A stretch of 54,110 nucleotides of DNA from a virus (Duplodnaviria; Caudoviricetes), in IMG/VR virus record IMGVR_UViG_3300042484_002120, positions 1-54,110 of that record; one strand, given 5' to 3'. The notes beneath the pieces are model-generated. The model was not told where the DNA came from. It saw only the letters and a program-made list of their open reading frames with translations, and did not search any database. Shown piece after piece: positions 9,092 through 21,039 of this stretch (positions within the stretch are counted from its first letter, which is position 1; each line of letters begins with the position of its first letter). Both the position numbers and the translations under genes were made by a program.

Positions 9092-10728
9092 TGCCTGCAG
9101 TTACTCAACCTATTCAAAATACTTATTTTTATAAAGAAGTTCGCAAAACACAACCAGGAGCAGGCGTTGTTTACCCCGGTTATCCTATTTATCATCTATA
9201 TAGAAATGTTACAGGCGATAACCCAATCAGGCTTGACGAGATTGAGTACTGGATGCCTCTCCCTGGGTTGACAAAGTACAAAGAGTATACGGCTGGAGAT
9301 GAAAATGTTCTTGCCACAAGGGTCAAGTACGAACCTCGCCTAGAAAGTCTGGTTAAAAAAGTTCCAAGATATTACACCGATAGGTATGCCGTTTATACAC
9401 ATAAATACTGTGGGACTAAACTGTTTGTTGCTACAGGAAGAACAAAACTGTACCCACTCTCTCCTTCAACCAACCCTTATTCTTATAGAAATATCCAGAT
9501 TTGGGTTGAAAGTAAAGAAACATACACAAATACTTACGACAGCTACGGAACACTGATTGTTCCTTCTTATTGGTATCACCCTTTTAAAAACGAGTTTTAC
9601 CCATTTGGTAATTTGCAAACTTTTGGAATTACTGATACTCAATACCTTATTGACACAATTTTCTCAAGGGATACATCTGGTCAAAGCAACGAGTCCCTTA
9701 TGGCTAACGCTGTTGAGTCAATAAGAATTTCTCAAGTTTACGAACTTATATCTCAAGGCAAGTCACGAGAAGAAGCAGTTGCGTTAATGAACGCTCAAGC
9801 ACAGAGGTCTTTGGCTGTAAGAGAATCCGAGTCTTTAATTACTCCAAAAGCAAGCACCGCAAGGCAAGTTGCAAAAAGCAAAAATATATCTGTCACCTTA
9901 AATACGGTTAAAAAAAATGGCATTTCAGCGACTTCGGTTGCTGCATCGCAAACACCCAAACTTGTTCAAACAACAACATCAGGACAAACACCGCTTGTTT
10001 ATGAATTTGTTCATAGGCCAAATCAAATAACCTATTCAAGTCTTGGCTCTGATTGGACCCCAATTGATAGAGCAGCAAATAGGCCAATGGTTGACTGGAA
10101 GTCATACAAATTAATGAGTGTTTCTTTTAGCTTTATTGTTGCCTCGGATATTTCTGGCAATCTAGACAATGCTCTTGATAACAAAGTAATAACAACAAGT
10201 GTTGATGAACAACTTAAAAATCTACGCCAAATGGCCTCAAGTCCGTTTCCTGTTGTATTTATGGGTTTTGACAAATTGCTGTCGGAGCCAGTTAGGTATC
10301 CGTTTAACAATGACTCTGCAAGCAAAGGCTCTTTGTTTGTTATTGCCGACCTGAATGTTAGCTCTATATATAGAAGCTCTACTGGAGCAATAAGCAGGGC
10401 TTCGTGCGACATAACGCTGACCGAATACCCTCAAGAACTAATAAAACTTATTGAATTTCCAAAACTTAAACCAATTCCCGAGGTTCCACCACCACCCCCT
10501 GGAGACAAGGGATTATGTGACAACTCAGCAGCAAAAAACACTTGGAGTAGAGAAAACTACACATCAAATGATATTGCATGGCTAAGGTCACTAGCTAAGG
10601 GAATAGTAAATTATGACGCATCCTGCAAGTCTGTAATCGTTCTTGACCAGGCCGCATACGACCTTGCGTCCAGACGCCGAACCCAACCTATTGGAATGTT
10701 GGGTGTCCGTGACATTTTTGGACCATAG
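9091..10728 (+). CDS. Probable tail tube initiator / baseplate-proximal protein with long N-terminal extension
   Basis: C-terminal half (YEFVHRPNQITYS...WTPIDR...VSFSF...CDITLTEY) resembles tube-initiator folds; follows the tape measure. Confidence 0.5.
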   Translation: MPAVTQPIQNTYFYKEVRKTQPGAGVVYPGYPIYHLYRNVTGDNPIRLDEIEYWMPLPGLTKYKEYTAGDENVLATRVKYEPRLESLVKKVPRYYTDRYAVYTHKYCGTKLFVATGRTKLYPLSPSTNPYSYRNIQIWVESKETYTNTYDSYGTLIVPSYWYHPFKNEFYPFGNLQTFGITDTQYLIDTIFSRDTSGQSNESLMANAVESIRISQVYELISQGKSREEAVALMNAQAQRSLAVRESESLITPKASTARQVAKSKNISVTLNTVKKNGISATSVAASQTPKLVQTTTSGQTPLVYEFVHRPNQITYSSLGSDWTPIDRAANRPMVDWKSYKLMSVSFSFIVASDISGNLDNALDNKVITTSVDEQLKNLRQMASSPFPVVFMGFDKLLSEPVRYPFNNDSASKGSLFVIADLNVSSIYRSSTGAISRASCDITLTEYPQELIKLIEFPKLKPIPEVPPPPPGDKGLCDNSAAKNTWSRENYTSNDIAWLRSLAKGIVNYDASCKSVIVLDQAAYDLASRRRTQPIGMLGVRDIFGP

Positions 10729-10730
10729 TT

Positions 10731-12334
10731 ATGGCTAACACAGACAACAGGGTCCCAATTGAATTATGGAAACAAATTCCACGCTCCCTTGAGCGTCAGT
10801 ATGGTGGCGTCCTGTTTTTTATGGACGAAAAAAGAGAAGAAATTGCTGAAGTAAGAGAAAGACTTATAAGCGTAAACGTTCAATACACAATGAATATGTC
10901 TAGTGAGTTATCTTTTACCGTTCTTGATGAAGACCTTAAAATGATTTCTAAAAACTACTTCAACATGGGTCGCGTTGTTGCTTACCTCAGTGAGACGTTT
11001 GGAACAATAGAAAAAACAACACTTCCAGACATATCCCAAAGACAGCTCCAATTGTTTGAAATAGCAAATGTTGGGGTGTCTCAGGGGCCAGGAGAAAACC
11101 CTACCGTTACGGTAACTTGTTATTCTCGCGCCATACAGCAAATGAAGAGAGATAGAAAGCCAGGAACTGTTGGAGGTTCCGGTACGGAGTTCGTTAAAAG
11201 AGCTGCAAAAAAATATGGTCTAAAATTTTGGGGTGAAACAACTTCAAAATCGCAAAGCATAAACAAAGCTACTGCTGGAAGCAAAGCCGAGTCATTATGG
11301 AGCGTAATCGACAGTCTTGCTAAAACAGCAAAATTTGTTGTCTACGAAGTAGACGGGTATTTAATATTTGCATCTGAAAAATATATTCTCAAAAATTGGG
11401 GAACCCACGAAGCTAAATTAACAGAAGCTCAAATCAAAAGTAAAGACAAAAAAGCAAAAACTAAGAACAAATACATTCCACTTACATGGAAAAACAAAAA
11501 ACTAGATTCTGCCGACCTGAGAGAAGACCTTCAGCTCATGGAGATTCCAAGCATCAGCATGACGGAGAACAACCCATGGGATGCTTCTGGTACTGCTGTA
11601 TTAGATAGATTTAACGCTGTTCGGTTAAGACCTGGAATGACAATAAAACTTGGTGGGATGTCCGATTATAATGGTTACTACCTAATAGATAATGTTTCTT
11701 TTCCCGACATATCACCAGACCCGGTAAGTATTTCTTTTAAAAAACCACAAAAAGAAGACAAAGAAATCAAAGATTTGCCAATTGGTGAGCGAGGACCGCA
11801 GGTTATAGACATCACCGACCAAGATGGCGTAACTAGCCGAACAATGACGTACGACGTGACTCGCGCTGGCTCAAAGTTTTTTAAACAAAGAATCTATAAA
11901 GGCATATTTCCGTTACCGGACGGTGACCACAGATTTGACCGTTACCCAATCCCAACCAAAGGCGTATTTGCAACAGGGAATGTAGACCTATATGGAAGGC
12001 CGATAATTGTAGTTCCAGGTTCAGACGTAAAAACAACTTATTCACTTACTATCTACCCATGGACCGAAGCAGGAGTCAATAACGGTAAACCATTTTCACT
12101 GCTTCTTACTCCAATATGGACCGTTGGTGGCGTCCCTGTTGAATTAACCCAAAACCAAGCTATTGCTAAGTATGAATCAGACGGAAAATTTTTAGCAAAG
12201 GTAAGGGGAAAATCCAAGCAAGAGTCTATTTATAATGCTGGTGCTTACGGAGCTTTAATAAGTGGCCAACAATATGAAATAGTAGTTAAAAAATTTCCTG
12301 ACGGAAAATATGTAGATACTCCTGGTAGCGAATA

Positions 12335-12335
<1 letters not shown>
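10731..12335 (+). CDS. Baseplate hub protein (gpD/gp27-like) with extra C-terminal domain
   Basis: [24 protein letters not shown] and [11 protein letters not shown]...NGYYLIDNV are hub-like patterns; synteny fits. Confidence 0.65.
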
Positions 12336-14023
<1,688 letters not shown>

Positions 14024-14029
14024 GACCCC

Positions 14030-14317
14030 ATGAATATTTTTACAGTAACACTTACAGACGCAGAACTTAAAGCATTGGCCCATGTTGCTTACGAGCCTCA
14101 AGACTGGATTGACAACGTTGTCCATGAGAGATGTCGTATTGCAATGGAGGAAATCTTTGCAGTAGAGGTGGCCCGAATGGTTGCAGACCCGACCACGACC
14201 TCAATACCTGCCGACCGTGAAGAAGTTGTTCTAGCGGCGGACATCAAGACAGCTAAAGAAATACACGAAGAGAACATGCTCTCCCCCGTCACACAAACAC
14301 CAGACCCTATGGGATAA
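14030..14317 (+). CDS. Hypothetical protein, possible fibre chaperone
   Basis: 95 aa with AGGA RBS; follows the C1q-fibre gene. Confidence 0.5.
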   Translation: MNIFTVTLTDAELKALAHVAYEPQDWIDNVVHERCRIAMEEIFAVEVARMVADPTTTSIPADREEVVLAADIKTAKEIHEENMLSPVTQTPDPMG

Positions 14318-14323
14318 TTGAAT

Positions 14324-14620
14324 ATGGACACTATTAAATTCCCAATTAAATTTGACACGTCTGGCGTCCAGAAGCTACCTGACGGTACTTATGATTTCTA
14401 CTCTCAACTATTAACAGTGGCCCTACTCACTGAACCTCAAAGCCACCCGTTTACCCCGAGGTTTGGCGTAAGCGACCCAACTTTCACAACCGTAGACAAG
14501 GGTCTATTTGTTCTTAACGCTTCTCGTTTTGTACCAGAAGTTGAAATAACATCACTTAACATATCGGAAGATAATGGGACAATAGGTGTTCAGTTTTCTT
14601 TTGTAATAACGGAAGAGTAA
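14324..14620 (+). CDS. Baseplate wedge protein, gp25/gpW-like
   Basis: IKFPIKF...LLTEPQSHPFTPRFGV pattern; precedes the J-like gene. ATG 14324 preferred over TTG 14318. Confidence 0.72.
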   Translation: MDTIKFPIKFDTSGVQKLPDGTYDFYSQLLTVALLTEPQSHPFTPRFGVSDPTFTTVDKGLFVLNASRFVPEVEITSLNISEDNGTIGVQFSFVITEE

Positions 14621-14625
14621 ATCCA

Positions 14626-16071
14626 ATGGCAGCAGATTTTTCACAATACGTAGACATTACCGTCTATGACAAAGAGCCAGGAGACATGTACCTGGAAGCC
14701 ATAGAGATGGCGCGCTTGACGCTGCCAGAATTCACTCTGAGGACAGGCACCGTAGAGGACGCCATGTTTCAGGCAATGGCCTGGATTGGGTGGGTTAACG
14801 CGACTGCCATAAATAGAATCCCAGACAGGTTAATGGCCGGCATTCTTTCAATGATGGGCGTCACCATCAATCTTTCTTCCCCTGCTCAGATGTCGGTTGT
14901 TGTAGAAGCCGACTCCTATGAAGGTGCAACAATACCTGTAGGTACGTTTTTTGGTTATACAAGCGTTTTTGAAGATGAAGTAATTGAATACGTTTTCATG
15001 ACGGTTGAGTCTCTGGAGATTGCTGCCGACGAGTCCCCCAGCCCTGGTGACCCGTTCCCGTCGGGTACCGTTCTCACTGAGTGTTTTACCCCAGGAGTAA
15101 TTCCATCAATTACACCAGCTACGCCACTTAGCCTTCTTACGCCTTCTACTTCTATTTTTAGTGCAGAAGCCGGAAGCTATTTCCAAAACGGCGTAAACGA
15201 TGAAAACTCTTCCGCTTTCTTGTCTAGGGCAGTTTCTTATCTATCGTCCCTTACTTCGACACTTGTAAAAGCAAGTCAAGTTGACTCGTTTGTTGCTAAT
15301 ACTTATTCTGGTCTAGTTGGACGAGTTCGCACCTATGACTTAACTGACGGTGACCCAGATACGGGGGACATAGCAACAAGCAAAACTAGGGCGATTACAA
15401 ACGTGTCTAGAAACTCCTCAAACGAAGCAACAGTTACAATTGGTTCCGGCCATCAGTTCCAAGCAGGAGATAATGTCACCATTACTGGTTTAACGAACAA
15501 TGCATACAACGGAGAGTACGAATTAATATCAACTGATGCAACAACTATATCTTATGCAAATACTGGTTCAGCCGGTTCCTCCGCTGACTCAGGAACAGCA
15601 ACTAAAGGAATAGAGGCCGTCGGAAATATTGCTGTTTTTGTTTACGGAAATGGTGACTTCGTAGACACCCTGATTCAAATACCAGACATACAAAGCGCAA
15701 TTGTCGACAAAGCACTTCCTGGTCTTATAGTAAACGTAAGCAACTTTGAACTTCTTTCTGCCGCGATTACAGCAGCTGTTGTGCTTGACTCCAACTACGA
15801 CCAAGAGCCACTAGAGCAGACAATAGAAAACTCGATTATCGAATACCTGAGCCCTGGTGTTTACCCAACATCAGAAGACGTTCTGAGAGCTAATCAAGTT
15901 ATTGCTTTGATTAGCGCAATACCCGGTGTTAGGTATGTTTCTTCACTAACGCTTAGCCCTAATGGCTCAAACTGGCTTCCCCAGATTGATGAAAACTTAG
16001 AACCAGCAAACAAGGGGTGGGCTCCAAGAATTACGCCTGATGATTTAACTATCTCATACACGGTGGTATAG
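14626..16071 (+). CDS. Baseplate J-like wedge protein with inserted beta domain
   Basis: ATIPVGT, NGVNDE...FLSR, IALISAIPGVRYV motifs; insert ITNVSR...GHQFQAGDNVTITG..NGEY. Confidence 0.8.
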   Translation: MAADFSQYVDITVYDKEPGDMYLEAIEMARLTLPEFTLRTGTVEDAMFQAMAWIGWVNATAINRIPDRLMAGILSMMGVTINLSSPAQMSVVVEADSYEGATIPVGTFFGYTSVFEDEVIEYVFMTVESLEIAADESPSPGDPFPSGTVLTECFTPGVIPSITPATPLSLLTPSTSIFSAEAGSYFQNGVNDENSSAFLSRAVSYLSSLTSTLVKASQVDSFVANTYSGLVGRVRTYDLTDGDPDTGDIATSKTRAITNVSRNSSNEATVTIGSGHQFQAGDNVTITGLTNNAYNGEYELISTDATTISYANTGSAGSSADSGTATKGIEAVGNIAVFVYGNGDFVDTLIQIPDIQSAIVDKALPGLIVNVSNFELLSAAITAAVVLDSNYDQEPLEQTIENSIIEYLSPGVYPTSEDVLRANQVIALISAIPGVRYVSSLTLSPNGSNWLPQIDENLEPANKGWAPRITPDDLTISYTVV

Positions 16072-16073
16072 CC

Positions 16074-17777
16074 GTGGCTAAGACTTTTAATAGGCTTTCT
16101 CAGTACAACGCCCTAGAGACGACCAACCGACTTACCGGGATATCTATACCACTGACAAGTAACGGCTACCCAGTTGCTCAGTGGTCGATTGACGAAGACG
16201 TATCCTATGCAAAAAACCACCTAGTTTTAAAGGTTCTTAAAACTTACTTACCAAGCATTGACGACCCGATAACTGTCTCGGGGATAGCGTTCGACGACGT
16301 TGATGGTTACACCCCAACCTCTACGGACCCAAACCCAGTAGCACTAAACGACAACTACAGAATTGTTGACATAACCTCGGACGCCACCTATTACTACCTT
16401 CATTGTGAAACCGACTTAGATTGGTCCATGGGTGAAATATTTTCTACGACCCATCCCACTTATGCTGTGTCTGTCTATTTTTTATACCCTCAAAGGTGGG
16501 AGTGTGACGGTGGGACAATTTCCACAGTTGCGGATACGTTTGACGTTAAATCTAGATATGCAATAAAAATAAACCCGGGTACGTCTGGACCCGTAACCTT
16601 AAGACTCGTAGGGCATAGTCCCATGCTTCTTGGAGACAATGGTAAAGATTTTTCTTTCAACGGGAAGATTTACTGCACAGAACAAACCAATGTTGCATGC
16701 ACTTTGGTTTACTCGGAGTGGGTAGGAATAGAGTCCGTAGAGCCTGTTGTTTCGACTATATATCCAGGAAGATTTGCCGCATTTAGAAGCAACGTAGAAA
16801 TGCTTCCGATGTCAGAAGAAGAAACTTACGGTTTTGACATATTAATTACGCTAACAAATCACGGCGGGCAGGTTTTATACCTAACCTCGCCCCACCTAAT
16901 AGAAGACTTTGCTTACTATTCAAACCCTTATGTTTACAGCGCTCTTAGTTCAATGCCTGATTTTTATTGGGAAATGGACTCAAATCAAACAAACCCATCG
17001 GCACCACTACATAGACTTATCGACTGTTTGATGACTGGAGCCAGAGGTGTTTATGAAGAATATTTACGTGTTTATCACTATGAGCCTGGACAGCTCGGAA
17101 CACTTGCAGAGCAGCATGAATCCAACGACACCCATAGCACTTTGGTCAATCCCCAATACGTTGATTCAAGGTACGCACCATGGCTTTCCCAATTCAACGG
17201 CCACAGACTAAAGAAGAACATTGCGTATTTTTATAACGGCTTAACAGACACGACATACGCAACTCCGCAAGACATGTTTGCTTCCACTGGGGCAGTTGAT
17301 TCTTATACTAGGTGGCAGCTTTCCAATGGGTATTATGGGCGCGCTGCTGGGACAACCGAGGCAATTAGGGAAGCCGTCAAGCAGGTACTTCACTATACAA
17401 AGGACGGGGAAAATTCAACCTACTTTGTATCGATAACCGCTCACTACGACAGCGACCCTTTCAAGATTTTGGTTCGGACCCTGCTGAACGAGACCTTTGA
17501 CTGTGAATCAAACGGTGACGAAAGTTACTCAATACTTGACGCTGTAGAAATGGCAAAACCTATGGGGTATAAAATTTACCACCAGGCTGTAGATGTTGTT
17601 GAATTCAGGATTGGTGACATTATCCCGGGAACAAAAACAGATGGAACGGTTGTCCCAGGAAACCCATTAGGCAATACTGCTGACGGTATTTACCCATTAG
17701 GAAACGTTGTCCCCAACAACGCAACTGGAACACCTGCATTGAATCTTGACGGTGCTACAGGGATAAGTCTTACATAA
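16074..17777 (+). CDS. Baseplate wedge / P2 gpI-like protein with N-terminal extension
   Basis: PWLSQFNG, GTTEAIREAV and AKPMG motifs in the C-terminal half; follows the J-like gene. Confidence 0.6.
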   Translation: MAKTFNRLSQYNALETTNRLTGISIPLTSNGYPVAQWSIDEDVSYAKNHLVLKVLKTYLPSIDDPITVSGIAFDDVDGYTPTSTDPNPVALNDNYRIVDITSDATYYYLHCETDLDWSMGEIFSTTHPTYAVSVYFLYPQRWECDGGTISTVADTFDVKSRYAIKINPGTSGPVTLRLVGHSPMLLGDNGKDFSFNGKIYCTEQTNVACTLVYSEWVGIESVEPVVSTIYPGRFAAFRSNVEMLPMSEEETYGFDILITLTNHGGQVLYLTSPHLIEDFAYYSNPYVYSALSSMPDFYWEMDSNQTNPSAPLHRLIDCLMTGARGVYEEYLRVYHYEPGQLGTLAEQHESNDTHSTLVNPQYVDSRYAPWLSQFNGHRLKKNIAYFYNGLTDTTYATPQDMFASTGAVDSYTRWQLSNGYYGRAAGTTEAIREAVKQVLHYTKDGENSTYFVSITAHYDSDPFKILVRTLLNETFDCESNGDESYSILDAVEMAKPMGYKIYHQAVDVVEFRIGDIIPGTKTDGTVVPGNPLGNTADGIYPLGNVVPNNATGTPALNLDGATGISLT

Positions 17778-17826
17778 CGAATGAAATTACCTTAGATGGT
17801 AAAATTAGAGCAATAACGGAGGAAAA

Positions 17827-18702
17827 ATGGCTGGCGCAGGAATAAAAAAATTTACGGTGGGGGAAACCCTTTCAGATGTTGAGGTTAATGAATACCTCAT
17901 GGACCAGACTGTCCCTGTTTTTGTAAACGCCGCTGCCAGAGACTCGGCCTTTGGTGGAGCTGGAGAGCCAACGCTTTCCGAAGGTCGTCTTTGCTACCTA
18001 CAAAGCACCAAGGTGGTTCAGTACTACAACGGCGTTACGTGGTCCGACTCTGGACAGTTCACTGTTGCCGATGACGCTATTACTGCAGCCAAGCTCGCCG
18101 ACAGCGTAAGCGTTGATTTAGACAGAGCCGTAACAACAAACCACATCAGGAACAGTGCCGTTACTACGGACAAACTTGACGGAACCGTTGGTTCCGAGGC
18201 TGTGACTGAAGCAAAAATCAGAGCAGGCGCTGTTACTTCAGGAAAGCTTGCATCCAGTCTCACTCTTGCTGGAACCACAACACTTTCTGGAACTGGAAAG
18301 GTCCAGCAACTTTTGGAAAAAGCCTCTGTCTACACAGCCGTTGGCGGCCTAAATGGTCTAGTACCAATAAACGTAGACAATGGAGCTATCTATTATTACA
18401 CTGCTGATTCATCAGCAGACTTTCAAATAAAAATTACAGTTAGTAGCTCTACGCTAAATGCCTTGATGTCCACGCAGGAAGCAATGACCATTGTTGTGTT
18501 TGCAACACAAGGTTCTTCTGCAAAAAAACTAACCGCTATAACAATAGACTCGCTTACCACTGGAGTAAACGTTCGCTGGTTTGGTGGAGTTCCCTACCCA
18601 TCAGGTAACGCAAGTTCTGTTGATGCTTACACAATCACTGTTATCAAAACTGGGAACAACGCATTTGACGTATTTGCCAGCCAGTCTTCATTTAAGGCGT
18701 AA
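17827..18702 (+). CDS. Tail fibre / fibre adaptor protein
   Basis: GGAGG RBS; FTVGETL...VFVNAAARDSA...EGRLCY..YNGVTW N-terminus; AVTTxKL repeats; beta-rich C-terminal domain. Confidence 0.6.
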   Translation: MAGAGIKKFTVGETLSDVEVNEYLMDQTVPVFVNAAARDSAFGGAGEPTLSEGRLCYLQSTKVVQYYNGVTWSDSGQFTVADDAITAAKLADSVSVDLDRAVTTNHIRNSAVTTDKLDGTVGSEAVTEAKIRAGAVTSGKLASSLTLAGTTTLSGTGKVQQLLEKASVYTAVGGLNGLVPINVDNGAIYYYTADSSADFQIKITVSSSTLNALMSTQEAMTIVVFATQGSSAKKLTAITIDSLTTGVNVRWFGGVPYPSGNASSVDAYTITVIKTGNNAFDVFASQSSFKA

Positions 18703-18704
18703 CA

Positions 18705-20798
18705 ATGCCTCTTATTGGAGCTAGGGCTACAGCCTCAAGGGGTTATTTTGGCGGAGGCACTAAACCTGGTGCGCCTGTAATAACCAGTTCAACGCAGGGC
18801 GTCTCTTCGCTGTCTATTGCTTTTACTGCTCCAGTTTTTAACGGCGGCCTTTTGATTAGCAGATACGAATACGCTGTCTCAATAAACAACTCAACATGGA
18901 CCACGTTTGCTACTGCTACTTCAGGAACAAACCCACCAACGTCTCCGGTGACTATTTCTGGTCTTACTAATGGTCAGGCTTACTACGTAAAACTTAGAGC
19001 AGTAAACGGTCTTGGTTTTGGACCAGAGTCCAATGTTTGGAGCACGACAACTACTCCAAGAACAACCCCCGATGCACCAACATTAACCTCTGTTACTCGT
19101 GGGTACAGAAGACTCACTGCGGCATTTACTGCTCCAGCATTTGATGGCGGAAGTGAAATACTTGACTACGAGTATTCAATAAACGGTGGTTCAACATGGG
19201 CACCCATGGGTCAGGCAACAACTACGGATTACGCAATTACCGGCCTTACAGACTTTACGGAATACAACGTCCGAGTAAGAGCCGTAAACATAGCTGGCGG
19301 TGGGGCACACAGTGCTACGGTGTCCGCATACACGGCTGGTGTAACCAATGCTCCAACTTCTTTAACCGCATCTTCCAATGGCGTATTTCAGTCAGTTCTT
19401 ACATGGACGGCCCCAGACTCTAATGCTTCTGCAATAACGGACTACGTAGTTCAATACTCACTAAATAACTCGACATGGACAACTTTTTCTGACGGGGTAT
19501 CTGCAACGACCGGCGCTACAGTCACGTCCCTCAGTGCGGCAACTACGTACTATTACAGGGTTGCTTCAATAAATGCTGTTGGGCAAAGTGGATGGTCAAA
19601 CGTTCCATCTGCTGCAACAGCAGGAGTTCCTTCACAAGTTGATACACCAACAAGCTCATCTGGGGATAGAAGTTTTACAATTTCATGGTCAGCACCAGGA
19701 ACTGGCGGAAGCGCAATAACTAGCTACTCTGTTCAGTATTCAACAAACGGCGGGTCAAGTTGGTCTACCGCAGAAACATTTACGTCTGCAAATACTGAAT
19801 TTACCAACCGTTCAAAAACATGGGCCGCAACTAACGGAACTTCGTATACTGGTAGGGTTTTGGCGACAAATGCTGTAGGTAGTGGTGCATATAGCGCCGC
19901 ATCAACAGCGCGAACTCCGACATTTGCAGCCCCATCATTGACTGCCAACGGAAGCTACACATCTTCCGGTTCTCCAGGAACAAGAAGAGTCACATGGAGC
20001 ATAGACCCAACTGATATTTCTGGTTCTACAGCTACTACGGGAACAACAACTTATGTTTATTTACAGTGGACCCGGACAGCCAGCAATACAGACCCGGGAA
20101 CAGCAGAAGAGCTAATTGGAACATATACAGGAAATCAAGCCGTCAATGGAGAATACCTAACCTACATCCCAGGCACAGGTACCGTTATACCGAAGGAAGG
20201 GTATCGCCTTCGTGCCGTTCAGTACGACGGAGCACACGCTGTTGGAACTGCATGGGTATCAATAGACATTGCTGACTATGTTTATTATGACACTTTCTCG
20301 TGGCAGGATAATGGGGCAGTAGACCTGTACACGACTGGAACATGGACGTTAACAAACAATGGTTATGACGGGGTAGCAAAGAGTGGGCACGTTTCTGGTT
20401 CCTCAATGCCCGGAGTCTCGACAGATACTGAAGGAAGTGTTCAGTACAACTGCACAAGCATAAAGATATTTGTAAGTAGCTCGGCTTCGGCCTCGACAAC
20501 GACTAGATATTTTGTAGTCGATTTCAGTGGTACAAGCACGACACTGGACAGTACAGCAACACAAACAATGACCGGTGTAGCTAATACATCAAGCGCAAGC
20601 CATACCTGGACCGGTGCTGGCAACACATCAATGGAGTATACATGGACCGCTCCAAGTCTTGACTATGGGAATCCGGGGGCAGGAAGAGTTAGGGTCAGAA
20701 AGCTTGGTTCCAGTACATCGCCGTCAATTAGTGTATACATGACTGCCAAAGGGAACAAACGAACCCGTATAAGAAACATAAACGGCGGTTCCTACTAG
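18705..20798 (+). CDS. Fibronectin type III repeat virion protein
   Basis: Four FN3-like units (FTAP..GG..I..YEY, YYVKLRAVN, YYYRVASIN); Ser/Thr-rich. Confidence 0.8.
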   Translation: MPLIGARATASRGYFGGGTKPGAPVITSSTQGVSSLSIAFTAPVFNGGLLISRYEYAVSINNSTWTTFATATSGTNPPTSPVTISGLTNGQAYYVKLRAVNGLGFGPESNVWSTTTTPRTTPDAPTLTSVTRGYRRLTAAFTAPAFDGGSEILDYEYSINGGSTWAPMGQATTTDYAITGLTDFTEYNVRVRAVNIAGGGAHSATVSAYTAGVTNAPTSLTASSNGVFQSVLTWTAPDSNASAITDYVVQYSLNNSTWTTFSDGVSATTGATVTSLSAATTYYYRVASINAVGQSGWSNVPSAATAGVPSQVDTPTSSSGDRSFTISWSAPGTGGSAITSYSVQYSTNGGSSWSTAETFTSANTEFTNRSKTWAATNGTSYTGRVLATNAVGSGAYSAASTARTPTFAAPSLTANGSYTSSGSPGTRRVTWSIDPTDISGSTATTGTTTYVYLQWTRTASNTDPGTAEELIGTYTGNQAVNGEYLTYIPGTGTVIPKEGYRLRAVQYDGAHAVGTAWVSIDIADYVYYDTFSWQDNGAVDLYTTGTWTLTNNGYDGVAKSGHVSGSSMPGVSTDTEGSVQYNCTSIKIFVSSSASASTTTRYFVVDFSGTSTTLDSTATQTMTGVANTSSASHTWTGAGNTSMEYTWTAPSLDYGNPGAGRVRVRKLGSSTSPSISVYMTAKGNKRTRIRNINGGSY

Positions 20799-20820
20799 TA
20801 TCTGATGATAATATTTTGTC

Positions 20821-21039
20821 ATGCGTGAACAAATAGGCAAAAATCAAAAATCTAGCCCTGCTGACTTTTTGAAATCAGACACGGAATTTGCACCAACTGC
20901 ACTTCAGCGTGAGCGTTACTCAATCTGTAAGGAATGTCCAGAACTTACAAAAGTTACAAAACAGTGCAAGCAGTGTGGTTGCTTTATGAACCTTAAAGTG
21001 AAACTAAATCACGCAGTCTGCCCACTAGGCAAGTGGTAG
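20821..21039 (+). CDS. Small Cys-rich protein (DUF6171-like)
   Basis: ERYSICKECP...QCKQCGCFM..K......CPLGKW; TGaTAATAT 6 nt upstream. Confidence 0.65.
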   Translation: MREQIGKNQKSSPADFLKSDTEFAPTALQRERYSICKECPELTKVTKQCKQCGCFMNLKVKLNHAVCPLGKW

